A stretch of DNA of 64,000 nt from Antechinus flavipes (taxonomy: Eukaryota). The stretch covers positions 264,616,001 through 264,680,000 of the forward strand of contig NC_067401.1 in the NCBI RefSeq assembly GCF_016432865.1. The letters run 5' to 3'. The notes below the pieces were generated by a model. That model was not told the DNA's origin. It searched no databases and saw nothing but the letters and a program-made list of their open reading frames with translations. Positions 51,977-64,000 of the stretch are shown in pieces (positions within the stretch are counted from its first letter, which is position 1; every line of letters starts with the position of its first letter). The position numbers and the translations under genes are program-made.

Positions 51977-53666
51977 TAAAAAAAGTTTTTAAAAAATTGT
52001 TTCCACTCCCAAAAAGTTTAAAAAACATTTGAAATTATTATTAGTAGAACATAAATTGATACTTACCATAATAATTACAATAATCAAAGTTATTGCTATA
52101 TTTAAAAATTACCTCCCTGCTTCTCAGGAGACTTTTAGGATTATATTCAGAATGATTCACAGACTTTTCCTCTTTCCCTTTAATTTCAAATGGATTCTAG
52201 TGTAGCTGGTTCAAGAAAGTTTACTTGAATGCTGAGCCTGCAATCCTCCAATGATGTCCATGACTTCTGAGATCAGGACCAAAGACCCTCTCCTGATTTC
52301 TATTATTTCTTGATCCAAACAGATGAGAGGGTACGCTTTTCAAACGCCTTCTGTTTTTCTTCATGTAGTCCAGTTCACTGGTTCAGAGAAGGCCTAGGGA
52401 GTAATTCATGTCACCATATGTCTGTATTGTTCCTTTGGTGAATGTGAAGGTTTTACAAGTAATTTAAATCAATGATCTGGTTTTTAAAAGAAACAACAGC
52501 CTAAAAAATAGATTAACTGTTTAGTGCTTTCTATAGAAATTATAATATGTGCTATCATTACAATTCATTACTTAACATTATAAAGGATTAACATAACTTA
52601 ACACTAAATACATGAATTAAGTTTATCCAAAATGTATTTGGAGAAGAATAAAGTTATACTTTTTATTTTTCCCATTTCTAAGGTTCTGTGGCTTTACATT
52701 ATATTACATTTCATTCTTCCAAAGAAGATTTGTTTCTTTTCTGATTGGAAGTTGGCCTTAGCACAACATAAGAGCAGCTATTTATTTCTGATCAATACTA
52801 CAGATAGGTCTTTTGTTTGCAGAACACATAACACTATACATTTTGATCCCATTTCAAAATGCTTTTTCAGTACTTAATAAATAGGGTTCTATATCTATGG
52901 TATAAAGCAAACTAAAAAAGCATTAGTAATACAATCTTCACAGACAATACAATGTCATGCTGTTCTAAAGCATATTATAGCACAGTGTCAAATTATGCAA
53001 ACTCAACTAAGGTCTGCAGGCAGCCTACATTCCAAATAATGAAAGATGCTAATATGCTCTAGCCCATTCTTTATAAAAGTTGCCCTTTTAATTTTTAATA
53101 TAATATCAAGAGAACAGCAGGCACTGCTTTTTTGAGAAAACAGCTTTCTAAATTGGTAGTGCCTTGTGTGTTATAGGCAAATAGTTGGACAAGTTACTAG
53201 CAAATATATTGAAGAATTAAAAAAAAAAAAAGAAATATTGACTAATGAAGGATTCTGCTTATCTTTCCTAATTAGATACCCTTTGAGATAATACTATAAT
53301 TACCTCTCATTTAAACTAAAGAACATCAGAATAACTAGATATTTACATAGGAAGTATGTCCATACACTTAGTTGTGTATGACCCTGTACCTAGGTACATG
53401 AACTCAATGACAGATGCAGGTCAGGTAAAGGAACAGAATATAGATTTTGAATCTGGGATATTTTATTTCAAACATCATGTCAAGAATAGTATCTTTACAT
53501 AGTACTTTAAAGTTTGCAGTACATCTTACAATGGCAATGCTAAGTCACTTAATCTCCCTTTGTCTTATCTTCCTCATCTATTAAATGGGGGGAAGGCGGG
53601 GGGGGGGGGTAGGGGGGATACAGCCCCAACTCACAGGGTTGCTGTAAAGATCAACTGAGATAATAC

Positions 53667-53716
<50 letters not shown>

Positions 53717-55069
53717 ATTTAATGGTTATTCTACCTAAAGCAAAACCTCTTCAAAATTTCATTTTGAATCTTATAATATATAAATTGCAAAAATAGGGAA
53801 GCAATTAAAAATGACATATTTGCAAATATATATACATATATACACATATAGTCACATGTATACAACTCATCAATCAAAATGTTTGTATATGTCTATAAAT
53901 ATGTACACATGTATGTATTGTACATGTATACAAATGGGTTCACACATACTTATACAAAATGATCTATAAGAATTCTCTTGAATCTCTAAGCAACCGGGTG
54001 GTGAAATCAAGCATTACCAGTAAAAATGCAGCTTGTTTTCTGCACCTCAACGGCAATAGCTTTGAATTAGGAAAAAAAAAAGTCCAATTTTACCAGGATC
54101 CCTAAAAACAGATTATATTATTGTATTGGAAAATATTTTGCTATCTTTTATTGTTATTACTGATCTCTGGTGGTGGTGGGGACATACAGCTGCAGAAGCA
54201 AGACATAAAACTAAGAACCAAGAATGAATGGCATATCCTTGTTTCATATAGACAGTATCACAATTCCAACAAAGCACCATGATTAGTGGAACATAATGGG
54301 GACTATCATAAACTGTGATTTCATTGGATAGAAACTCCTAGATGAAAAATATCGCTCTATTAATGCATTATGCACCTTTTCTACAACATGCTTAGAGAGT
54401 AGTCTCGTAGTCTAGACTCTAGAAATGATGATTATAACAAAGTAAATTTCTATCATGAATAGTAAAATAACTTTATATCTATTATCTATGATGGATCAGG
54501 AAGAAATAGATGGATAAAGAGTATAATTGTCCAGGAAATAGTTATATTTTATATGTACTAAATTCAAAATAAAATTCTAAATCTATAATTTAAGAAAATA
54601 GCAGTTATGTCTCATTTGGAACTGAGGAGTTAAACTCATTTATTTTTATTTCTTCCAGTTTTTAAGCTCACAACCAGATATCAATGGTATTTAAGGAAAA
54701 CTGCAGTCTTTATAATATTGCAGAGCCCTGCAAAACTCATCTAAACTGCATATAAGAAACCAATTGGTAGGGAAGACAGCCAGAAACCTGGGTGGCATTG
54801 TCCTCAATGAGTAGCAGATGGGCTACCCACCTGGGATGTTATAATATTCACATAATTGAAATGAAGATCAAGTCATACTGCAGAACCTCAAATCACTCAT
54901 CATAACCCAAATCTAGGATTTCATGACTTCTTCACCTTTTTCATTTTGTCTTCTATTTCCTTTTTTATCTATGCAAATTTTGCAGCTCATCCATATGACT
55001 GTCTGGAGAAGTTGCATTTTAAAATGGCAATATTGTTTAAATAAATGAACATCCCCATATTATTTTATT

Positions 55070-56050
55070 CACTCAACAAATATGTGTCAAGTCACTAGTC
55101 TGTGCAATATATTGTATTCAGTACTGGCAGAAAAGAAAGAATAATTTAAAAAGGAGTTTTTCTTTCACAGAGTTTCATTATCAATGGTATTAAAATGGTT
55201 ATACAAATAAATGTCAGAAGAAAATTTGCTCTCAGATGAGATGAAGGAGAAAATACTTGGGTGGTGTCATACTCACACCATAATTTCATAGAAGAAATGG
55301 TATTTTGTTGGGCCTTAAAGGATGAGTCATATATCAATAAGTAGAGATACTGGGGATGGAGACAGGAGCATTCCAGCATAGGAAAGAGCATTAGCAAATG
55401 TATGGTGGCGTAGTTGATAGTGTTAGACTTGGAGTCAAGAAAACATGATTTCAAATCTGCCTTCAGATACTTATTAGCAGGAGGATCCTGGTAAAGTTGT
55501 TTTAACCTCTTTAACCTGCTTCAGTTTCCTTATCTGTAAAATAGTATGTTAATAGAACCTAAATCCCCAGGCTATTTTGATAATAAAATGGAATAATATT
55601 TGTGAAACATTTTTAAATCTTAAAGTGAAATATAAATGCCAAGTTATGGCAGCAGAACCAGCAATAGTAGTACTAGTAGTAAGGGGAGGGAGGTAAGGGA
55701 GAAAAACATGGCACATGTTTGGAAGGTGATAACCACTCCTGTTAGATTGCAGCATAGATTATGTAAGCAGAGATAGTATGATATAAAACAGGAAATTGAG
55801 GTTGGGATGAGATTCTACAGGACTTTGCATGTTAGTCTAAATACATGTTTTTTAGGGGTAGCCATCGAGAAGTCATTCAGGTTTTTTAAACCCCAGAATG
55901 ATGCTACTATTTCTGTACAACAAGATGAATAATAAAGCTACAATATGTAAAATGGACTAGACAAGAATAAGAATGGAATAAGGGAATTCTATTGAGAGAC
56001 TAACAATAGCAATAATGCAGGAGAGAATTGACAGAACTTGAAAAATTTTA
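55070..56050 (-). mobile_element. Fragmented L2 with a nested MIR
   Basis: Reverse L2 end ttcactcaacaaatatgtgtcaagtcactagtctgtgc; purine-rich body on both sides of the MIR. Confidence 0.55.
55400..55650 (+). mobile_element. MIR SINE nested in L2
   Basis: gacttggagtcaagaaaacatgatttcaaatctgccttcagatactta...cttcagtttccttatctgtaaaat. Confidence 0.75.
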
Positions 56051-56504
56051 TCATTGACAGAAACAAGACATAGTGTAAAGAGCTTGAATTTCCTATGTAA
56101 GATCACGTATTTGAATCCCATCTCTGAAATCTTCTGGCTATGAAATAGTAGATAAATCAATTATCAAAGCATTAGATTCTTCACTCATAAGATAGAAAGA
56201 ACTGTATTTGTCATATCTACTTGATAAGGTTATTATAAAGAAAGTGCTTTGTAAGTCTTAAGATATCATACTTTAAAGCCTCAGAAAGGGGTTCTAAGCT
56301 CATGAGGTTTTAGAGTTATTACAGAAAGGGCGACCTGATCCTAAAGTGATCAGGTAGGTTTCTTTATTTACTCTGTCCCAAAGATGGAGTAAAAACAACA
56401 ACAAAAAGCCCTCTAAAATTAGATATGAATAAAAGTTTCATTATATTCTACTATATTTTGCTGCTACTGAAACTATAAGATGCAAAGAGTCAAGGAAGAA
56501 ATGT

Positions 56505-56720
56505 GGCAGCTAAATGATTTTATGAATAATGCACAGAATTTGATGTCATGAAGAGCTAAGTTCAAAGCTCATCTCAGACCCTTTCTGTCTGAACGCAAAC
56601 AAATCACTTTATTGATTTTTCCTAACCTCAGTTTTCTTATCTATATAGTAGCACGCATCTTAGCATTCTTATAATGTCATATGATGTAATATATGTAAAG
56701 CACTTTACAAATCTTAGAAA
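56505..56720 (+). mobile_element. MIR SINE
   Basis: gagctaagttcaaagc...cctcagttttcttatctata...gtaaagcactttacaaatctt. Confidence 0.6.
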
Positions 56721-56934
56721 AGTAAATAAACTTTAGGTATAATTTTCAAATATAGGAAAAATCTGAAATCCAGTGTCCTCAGAATACTTTGTCCAGACAC
56801 TAAAGAAATATGTCTTATACTACTGAAAAGTAGCTGCCAGACTTAAGCAGATCTCTTGACCAAAATATGGTTTTCATTTTACTTTTTCCTATGGAATTTT
56901 CATTTCTAAGGATCTCTAATTGTTGAGCTGTGCT

Positions 56935-57395
56935 NNNNNNNNNNNNNNNNNNNNNNNNNNNNNNNNNNNNNNNNNNNNNNNNNNNNNNNNNNNNNNNNNN
57001 NNNNNNNNNNNNNNNNNNNNNNNNNNNNNNNNNNNNNNNNNNNNNNNNNNNNNNNNNNNNNNNNNNNNNNNNNNNNNNNNNNNNNNNNNNNNNNNNNNNN
57101 NNNNNNNNNNNNNNNNNNNNNNNNNNNNNNNNNNNNNNNNNNNNNNNNNNNNNNNNNNNNNNNNNNNNNNNNNNNNNNNNNNNNNNNNNNNNNNNNNNNN
57201 NNNNNNNNNNNNNNNNNNNNNNNNNNNNNNNNNNNNNNNNNNNNNNNNNNNNNNNNNNNNNNNNNNNNNNNNNNNNNNNNNNNNNNNNNNNNNNNNNNNN
57301 NNNNNNNNNNNNNNNNNNNNNNNNNNNNNNNNNNNNNNNNNNNNNNNNNNNNNNNNNNNNNNNNNNNNNNNNNNNNNNNNNNNNNNNNNNNNNNN
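56935..57395. other. Assembly gap (461 N)
   Basis: Run of N. Confidence 0.99.
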
Positions 57396-60110
57396 TAATG
57401 AATCACATCTTTGACAAGAATATTTCAAATCTTGACAGTAATTTCATGAGTCTAAGAGTTCCTGAGATTAAGATTCAAGGATCTGCTGGTCACAGGAAGA
57501 TAGCTTTTATAGTATACTTTTCATATGAGTCATCGACTAGACCAGAATAAAGAAGATGCCAAACTCTGACTGGCTAAATGATGCAGTGATTGCTTGATGT
57601 ATGGCATATCATAAGCACTTTATAAATGCCACTTGTTTGATATCTTGATTGGGCAATGCAGATCTGAGGTGACTGCCAAATATGTGTTTAGCAGTCCCAC
57701 AAAAGTATCTTTTCTTTCTGGACAAAATAGAATTAATATAATATAATTAATTGAAAATTTAATATTTCCTGTATTTGTTCTTTATGCTTTTGCACTTATG
57801 TAGTTTCTGTGATAGAAAGGTATACACAAAAACTATATCAAACTCTTATAAATTGTCCAGGAGTTACACTAGGATTGAGTGCGGAACAAGTGAGAGAATC
57901 TTTTTTGCAATATTTAAGGTTAGATCCCTCAGTAATGCAACTAGTTTAAAAGTTCTTGAGTTTGGAAATCAGGCATCAGCTGACCAGAGAAAGGTATTTT
58001 TTGGTTTGTTTGCTTGTTTGTTTGGTTTGTTTTTTTGTTTTGTTTTTTAAACAGCATGCTTATTGAAGAAGAAAATGACTACCACAGGGATGTTTATAGC
58101 TAAGGACTAAAGAACACACTTTTTCATAATCACTTTTGCTTTTTTGCTTTAAAACATTGTTGTCATTGGGAGAGAAGTTGGCAAAAAACAAACATTTCAC
58201 CATCTTTCTGAGAATCTGAGAGAGAAAGTTTATGAGAAGAGAGAAAGGGGTCCAGAAAAGAAGGAATAATAGTTTCCAAAGATCTTAAATAACTTGTTGA
58301 GGTTGGATTCCTCTTCAAAAGTCTGTGAATCTTGACCTTTAGTTGCCAATTATCTTTGACATAACATTAATTACTAGGGAATAATCAGGAGTCCCTATCC
58401 TATACTAGCAAGGACTATGACATTCAATAAAGTGCCAGGTCTCATGTCCATCTCGATGGGAGGTTAAAAAAAAAAAAAAAAGGAAAAGGAAAAAAAAAAA
58501 AGAAATTACCAAAGAAATTAAAAGGCTTACTTATTCCCCCAGGAAAATAAATATGAATTAATATTCTGGCAATTGGACATGGGATGAAGAATGGTAGAGT
58601 CAAAGATAAATTTAAGGCTATAAACCTGAGTAACCAACAGAATGGTATTGCTTTAAATAGAACTAGAAAAGTCAAGGAGAGAAAAGGAAAAGAAATAAAA
58701 AGTAAGGACAGAATGAACTTGAGAAGAAAATCATTTTTAATTTTAATTCAATTTAAGTTTTAATTCAATCTTCACTATGGAAAATCTTCCTAATTTTTTC
58801 TGCCTTAATAAACTAACGTACTAATGATTTTTCTGTAATGAAGTATAGTACCTTTTCCCCTGTCTCCTGTTCTATTTGGGAGGAAGAAAACTGCACTTAA
58901 AAGAAATTTCATTATTCCCCTTATTCTAAAATTTACTGTTACCATAGGCAAGTCACATAACCTTTAAGAATACTGGTTTCAACACTAACAGATATGGAAA
59001 AATCATATTAAAATAAAATGAGAAATCATTTTGAAAGGCCTTGACTTACTTGAAAAATTTGAGTTCCCACTATTTAAAAAAGTATCAGTGACAAAGTTGT
59101 ATATCTTGTAAATAGGACTTTTTATGGATTTTTAACAAGGATGTGAACTAGAAGTTTATTTTTTAGGAAATATATAATATAGCCCCATTCTATGTTATTT
59201 TACCTTTTCATTAAGAAGTTAATCCCATGAAAATGCAAATCAGTGGGATAAGAGAAATTGTTTGGTCTAGCATTACTTAGAATTAAGTGAATATGATGCA
59301 TATATTTTGAATTGTAAGCAATTTTAGTGACCATTTATCATAATCTTTTTACCTGACCCACTCCCCATTTTTCAGATGAGAATGCTGAGTTCAGTGACTG
59401 TGTGTATATTTATCTATGTGTGTATATTTATATCTGTTCATTTTTGAGTATGTGTGTGTATATGTGTGTGTGTATTTGAATGTTTGAATTTCATTAGAAA
59501 TTTCTACCTGGAATTTATTATTCTTACTAAGCTGCTAAACTTCTTCTTGTTCTTCTTCCTTCTTATTTTCTTCTTTCTTCTTTTTGTTGTCTCACATGTT
59601 TTACTTTGTTTTATTCATTTGAATCTCAGTCATTAAAATGTTCTATTGGTCCAGTTTAAAAGGTCTAGAGAGTTACTGCTGAGGCAGGAGAATTGAACTG
59701 TATCTTTGAACTGTGTTTGGAACATGGGACTAAGTCTTTCCATTCTCAAATTTAGAGGTAAGAGGCTTAAAGTAGATATAGTATTATTAACAATTTGATT
59801 CCTTCATATTAAAAAGAAACCACCTTAAACCATCTAGTACATCTATGAATGCAAAAAGTAATATTAGATTTTTTTTTTTTATTGGTAGTGGGGCAGAAAA
59901 AAGGAGAAACAGGCTACCTAGAGGAAGCACACTGAATCTTGCCACCTTGGAGGAAGGAAACAGAAAGGTGGCAATTAGTGATGAAGACTTCAGAACTTGG
60001 CCTTGGGTCTATTCTGTTTATGTTTACTTAGGCAAGTTCAAAAAGAAGTTTGGTTATATGTAATTTTTCTCTTGGTGCTATAGTTGCATGTTGAAGCACT
60101 TGACATGATT

Positions 60111-60174
60111 TAGGAAGATTTTGTGTTTATTTATTTTTCTTATAGGAAGATCTTGTGTTTATTTATTTTTCTTA
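60111..60174. repeat. 32-bp tandem duplication, one mismatch
   Basis: taggaagat(t/c)ttgtgtttatttatttttctta x2. Confidence 0.95.
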
Positions 60175-61959
60175 ATGAGGACTTTTTCCCACAAGTTCTT
60201 TAATCAAAGTTGATAGAGAGATTGGGGCCATAACACTTCTGGAAGACACCTACAATCCCCAGGGTTGTAGCCAGAAAAATATGACCTTAACTGTCAGAGA
60301 AGCAAGGGAAGGATCAAGTATCTTTAAAATTTTATTTTAAGCTACATAATCCTTTAGAATATGGCTATAATACCTAGTTCAAAATGATGGCATTTTCCCT
60401 TTAAATAATAACCAAAATCCCATTCTTTGGAACCTTTCAAAAACTTTGACATAAAGAGACAGTTTGAAAATAAGATTTCCCAAAATGTCTATAAGAGTCA
60501 TGATTGGGGAGGGGATGGGGGCAGTGAGGAAATGTCATAGGAAAAAATTAGTGTTTGTAGCTTTGAGGCCAAGTCTCTAGTGTCAAATCAAATTGATGTT
60601 CATTTACTAAATCTCATTAAAGTAAGCATGGTAGACACAAGCTTATCTCATAGAGAAATTCCCTAAGTTTGCTTGTAAATATAAGAAGCTTCTTGCAGTA
60701 GGTCAGTATGACCTTAATGACCATTCTGATAGCTTTGAAGAGGTTGAATGATTCTTATATTCTTTATTCACTAAAATAAATCTCAGAGATTAAATTTTTC
60801 CTCAAGTAAGAATTACATACCGATACAACCTATACGCTATGAAAAAAAAGGCATTTTTAAAAAAGCTAAAAGCTTCTTTTACAAGGTACATAGACAAAGA
60901 CTTTGTTACTACAGAGATCCATGATTTTTAATTTAGCATTTTATCTTTCCATTGTTTTTGTTTTCCTCAATCCTTTTCTGTGAAAAGCAAATTGTATCAT
61001 CTTTGATTTGACTACTTGTTCAATCTTGGATGGATTTATGGAGTCTTCAGAATTTTACAGCTTCCAATAAAATGTTATTGTGTCAAACATGGCATAAAGA
61101 CTACAAAAAATCTCATCTGAGTTTTTTTAGGCCCTGATTATTTAAGTAAACTGGCCTGAAAGTAGAAAAAGGCAAATCAGATAATTAATTTTTTTGTTCT
61201 TTCATAGAATGAGGGCTGCTTCAAGTTTTTCTCTGAATAAAAACAGTTAGCAAATAAAAACTCCAAATAACAAAACTTCCTACCAAGGAAATTTTATTGA
61301 AAGATTATCTTGTGGAGTGGAGTAAGATACAATGAAATAGGGAAGTAGAAAGAGAGGAGAGGAAGTATTTTCTTTTGTTGTTGTTTTATTTTGTTTTGTT
61401 TTAATCTTGTCTTTATACTCCAGAACACAGAGAAAATAATTTTATCTTACAAAAGGAATCTCTGATTTTCACAAGTCATCCTAAGATGTAAAGGCAACTA
61501 AATGTAGCAGTGATGGGAAATAACCACCAGCAGCACACTTAAGTCAGACTTCCACCTGGGAGTTATGGTGGGAAAGACAAGCCTGATTTACTGTAAAGCT
61601 GTCCCTTGGTGATTTAGATAACTCCTGAGAAGCTGGGGGGAAAATATAGTATATGGTCGAGTCAGCTGCCATTAGGCTCTATAAATACAAATAATAAATT
61701 TTGCATTCTAGCCATGACTAGAACACTATATTGCAAACACTGAGACAGAAACCAAGGGAAGCTAGAGAGCAAAACATCTGAAAGGCAACATTTAAAAACA
61801 AACAGAATGAGATTTCAAGGAGACAAGAGTAATGGTTAAATTTTAAATTGTGTCTTCACTTTATTGTTGTATGAAAGAAGGATGACTTCATTCACTAAAA
61901 AGAATTGATTAAGTACCTCGCACTGTACTTGGCACCAAAGACAAAAAGAAAACTATCTT

Positions 61960-62740
61960 CAATCAGTCAACAAGCATTTATTAAATATTTAAACATATTA
62001 GGATCTGTATTAAATCCTGAGGACTAAAATCAAAACAAAAGCAGTGAAACAAACAAACAAAATTCAGTCACTCCCTCCAAGAAGTTCAAATTCTAAGCGG
62101 AAGACAGAATACAAATACACAAAGGTATCTACAATAAAAATGAGACCACAATGGTAGTTTTTAGGTAGGGGAAAGGCCTTCAGAATGTAATATTTGAGGT
62201 ATTTCTTAAACAAAGCTAGAGAAGCCCAGAAGTGATAAGAATAAGCACTCTAGTAATAAGAATCATCTAGGCAAAAGATATTAAGAGTCAGTGTCTTGTT
62301 CGACGAATAGCAAGAAATATATTGTGGCTGGATCATAGAGCAAGTGGAAGAGTGCGGGAAAGTCTAAGAGAACTGGGAAGATAAACTAGAATCAGGTTAT
62401 CAAGAAATATAAAATCCAAAATTGATATGCTGAATTTTACCCTTGGGGCTAATTGGTGAATGAGGGAATCAGAAGTTGCTGGGAATTCTGGAAGTGGGGT
62501 GGGGAGAAATTACGCAATCCAAGCTTCTCTTTAGTAAAAGTAGGTAGATTGGAGTGGAAAGACACAAAGAATATTGGGAAAGAAGAAATTTGGTAACATT
62601 TGGCAATGTATTCCATAGGTATTGTGACTAATTGAGAATCCAAAGATAATGATGAGTTTGAAGGACTAAATGTCTGGGCAAATAATAGCAATAATATGGA
62701 AGTTCAAAAGAAGAGATGTTACAATCTAGGGATCTGAGAA
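61960..62740 (-). mobile_element. L2 fragment
   Basis: caatcagtcaacaagcatttattaaat at the end; ggctggatcatagag and purine-rich body. Confidence 0.55.
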
Positions 62741-62966
62741 AGCTCATCATCTGGTAGTTTTTTTTTTTTTTAATTGGACCTAATTATTCACTGTTGATTC
62801 TAACTTAAATTATTTCTAGCTGATAAAACAATAGGAACTGTCTGTACCTTCTGTATTTTGTTATTTTGGTCAACTTTAAAAACTAAGCAAATGTGGGTTT
62901 GTCTCAGATTTAGGAACAAATCATAGAAGATTGTATTACTTACATTTTCATTCCAGCAAATGATAG

Positions 62967-62968
<2 letters not shown>

Positions 62969-63009
<41 letters not shown>

Positions 63010-63035
63010 TATATATGTATACATATGTGTGTGTA
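62969..63035. repeat. (TA)n microsatellite
   Basis: Long atatat tract decaying into tg. Confidence 0.95.
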
Positions 63036-63309
63036 TAATTATTACTATCTTTCCCCTTGCTTGTTTTTTTTTTTTTTCTTGATCCCATTTCCTTTCAGAA
63101 GTCAAAATCCTTTAAAAAACCCTCCAAAAACTGTGTTCCTGTTTTAAGAGCAGGAGGGTAAGAGAGAAGCCTACTTTGTACAAGGAAAAATGTGATACCC
63201 TGATTAGTAACAATTACTATTGATAAACTAAAAGTCAACAAAAAGCTCAGTCAGTTTCTTCAGGGATGGTAGCAATAAGATCATTGATTACTAAAATTAG
63301 AATTACAAA

Positions 63310-63470
63310 GAACCTTAATGATCATTCCCATTTTACAGATGAAGAAAACTAAGACACAGAACTCATATGACTTGCCCCAAGATCATACATATAGTAAGTT
63401 GATAGAGCTAGAATTTGACCACAGGGACAATGGCACCAAATAGAATACTCTTTACTTTGTACTACAAGTT
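63310..63470 (-). mobile_element. MIR SINE
   Basis: cccattttacagatgaagaaaactaagacacag...gacttgccccaagatcatac. Confidence 0.7.
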
Positions 63471-63544
63471 CCAGACTTTTATAGAGTGATTCTAAGGGAA
63501 GATGTGTGGAGGAAGAGAGACGGCATAGAAAGAGTGATATATCT

Positions 63545-63665
63545 GTGGGTAAGAATTCCTGGATTTGAATATCTACCCAGTATCTTTGTACCAGTCACTT
63601 CAGTTTCCTCACCTGTAAAGTGAGAGAACTAGACCAGATGATCTTTGTCCTACTAATTTGAATCC
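63545..63665 (+). mobile_element. MIR fragment
   Basis: cctggatttgaatatc...gtcacttcagtttcctcacctgtaaagtgag. Confidence 0.6.
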
Positions 63666-64000
63666 CTTTACCCTTATCCATTCTGTTTTTGTTTTTTGTT
63701 TTTTGTTTGCTTCTGATATGGTTTCCAATTATCCATCTCCAATTTTCTTGCTCTTTTTCTCTACTCCAGGATCTATGGGTATCTACTTTTCCTGCCAGGT
63801 AGGTGGTGACAACATTTTAGAGTCATCACAAATGTAGCAGAAATGATTCACCTGAAGTAGGCTATGGCTGAATAGCTTATCAATGAGTAAAGAACCTTGT
63901 AATTTCAGTCAGACCTACATAATGACCTATCCTCATATCAAAAAATTAAAATGGCCAAACAAATGTGAAAAATAATAATAAAAACATAATAATTATTATT

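Noticed and set aside
52215-52405. Possible minus-strand exon (ELDYMKKNRRRLKSVP...)
   Set aside because: Splice sites are weak and no frame gives a recognisable protein.
53586-53618. G-quadruplex-like poly-G tract (also ~33853-33875)
   Set aside because: Homopolymer expansion inside a SINE tail or low-complexity DNA, with no context suggesting function.
521-57550. ORFs containing long X runs (near 521-890, 28361, 40958-41411, 41761, 51717-52032, 56906-57550)
   Set aside because: They are open only because they cross N gaps.
1-64000. CRISPR arrays, rRNA genes, operons
   Set aside because: Eukaryotic repeat-rich DNA; there is no regularly spaced repeat-spacer pattern and no rRNA similarity.

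Overview
AT-rich, non-coding mammalian DNA with six N gaps. The repeat content (CORE-SINEs of MIR, MAR1 and WSINE1 type, L2 relics, marsupial-type L1) points to a marsupial, probably a dasyurid; this assignment is inference. No host protein-coding gene can be supported, and the only recognisable coding relics are broken L1 ORF1/ORF2. The standout is a 609-bp insertion at 42429-43037 flanked by a perfect 6-bp target-site duplication (TTTTAT). Both of its ends are the 5' (U3-side) terminus of an ERV LTR, in inverted orientation and about 97% identical; a related complete solo LTR at 19884-20295 identifies them. Between the arms lie a full-length CCA-ended initiator tRNA-Met copy, a 12-nt filler, 14 nt of resumed LTR and a 3'-truncated SINE head. 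Each small-RNA copy is joined by its 3' end to an LTR arm. It looks like a retroviral-integrase-inserted mini-element with two U3 ends that captured two Pol III RNAs. Whether it is a one-off or a family needs a genome search. Coordinates of old repeats are approximate and family names were assigned by eye.
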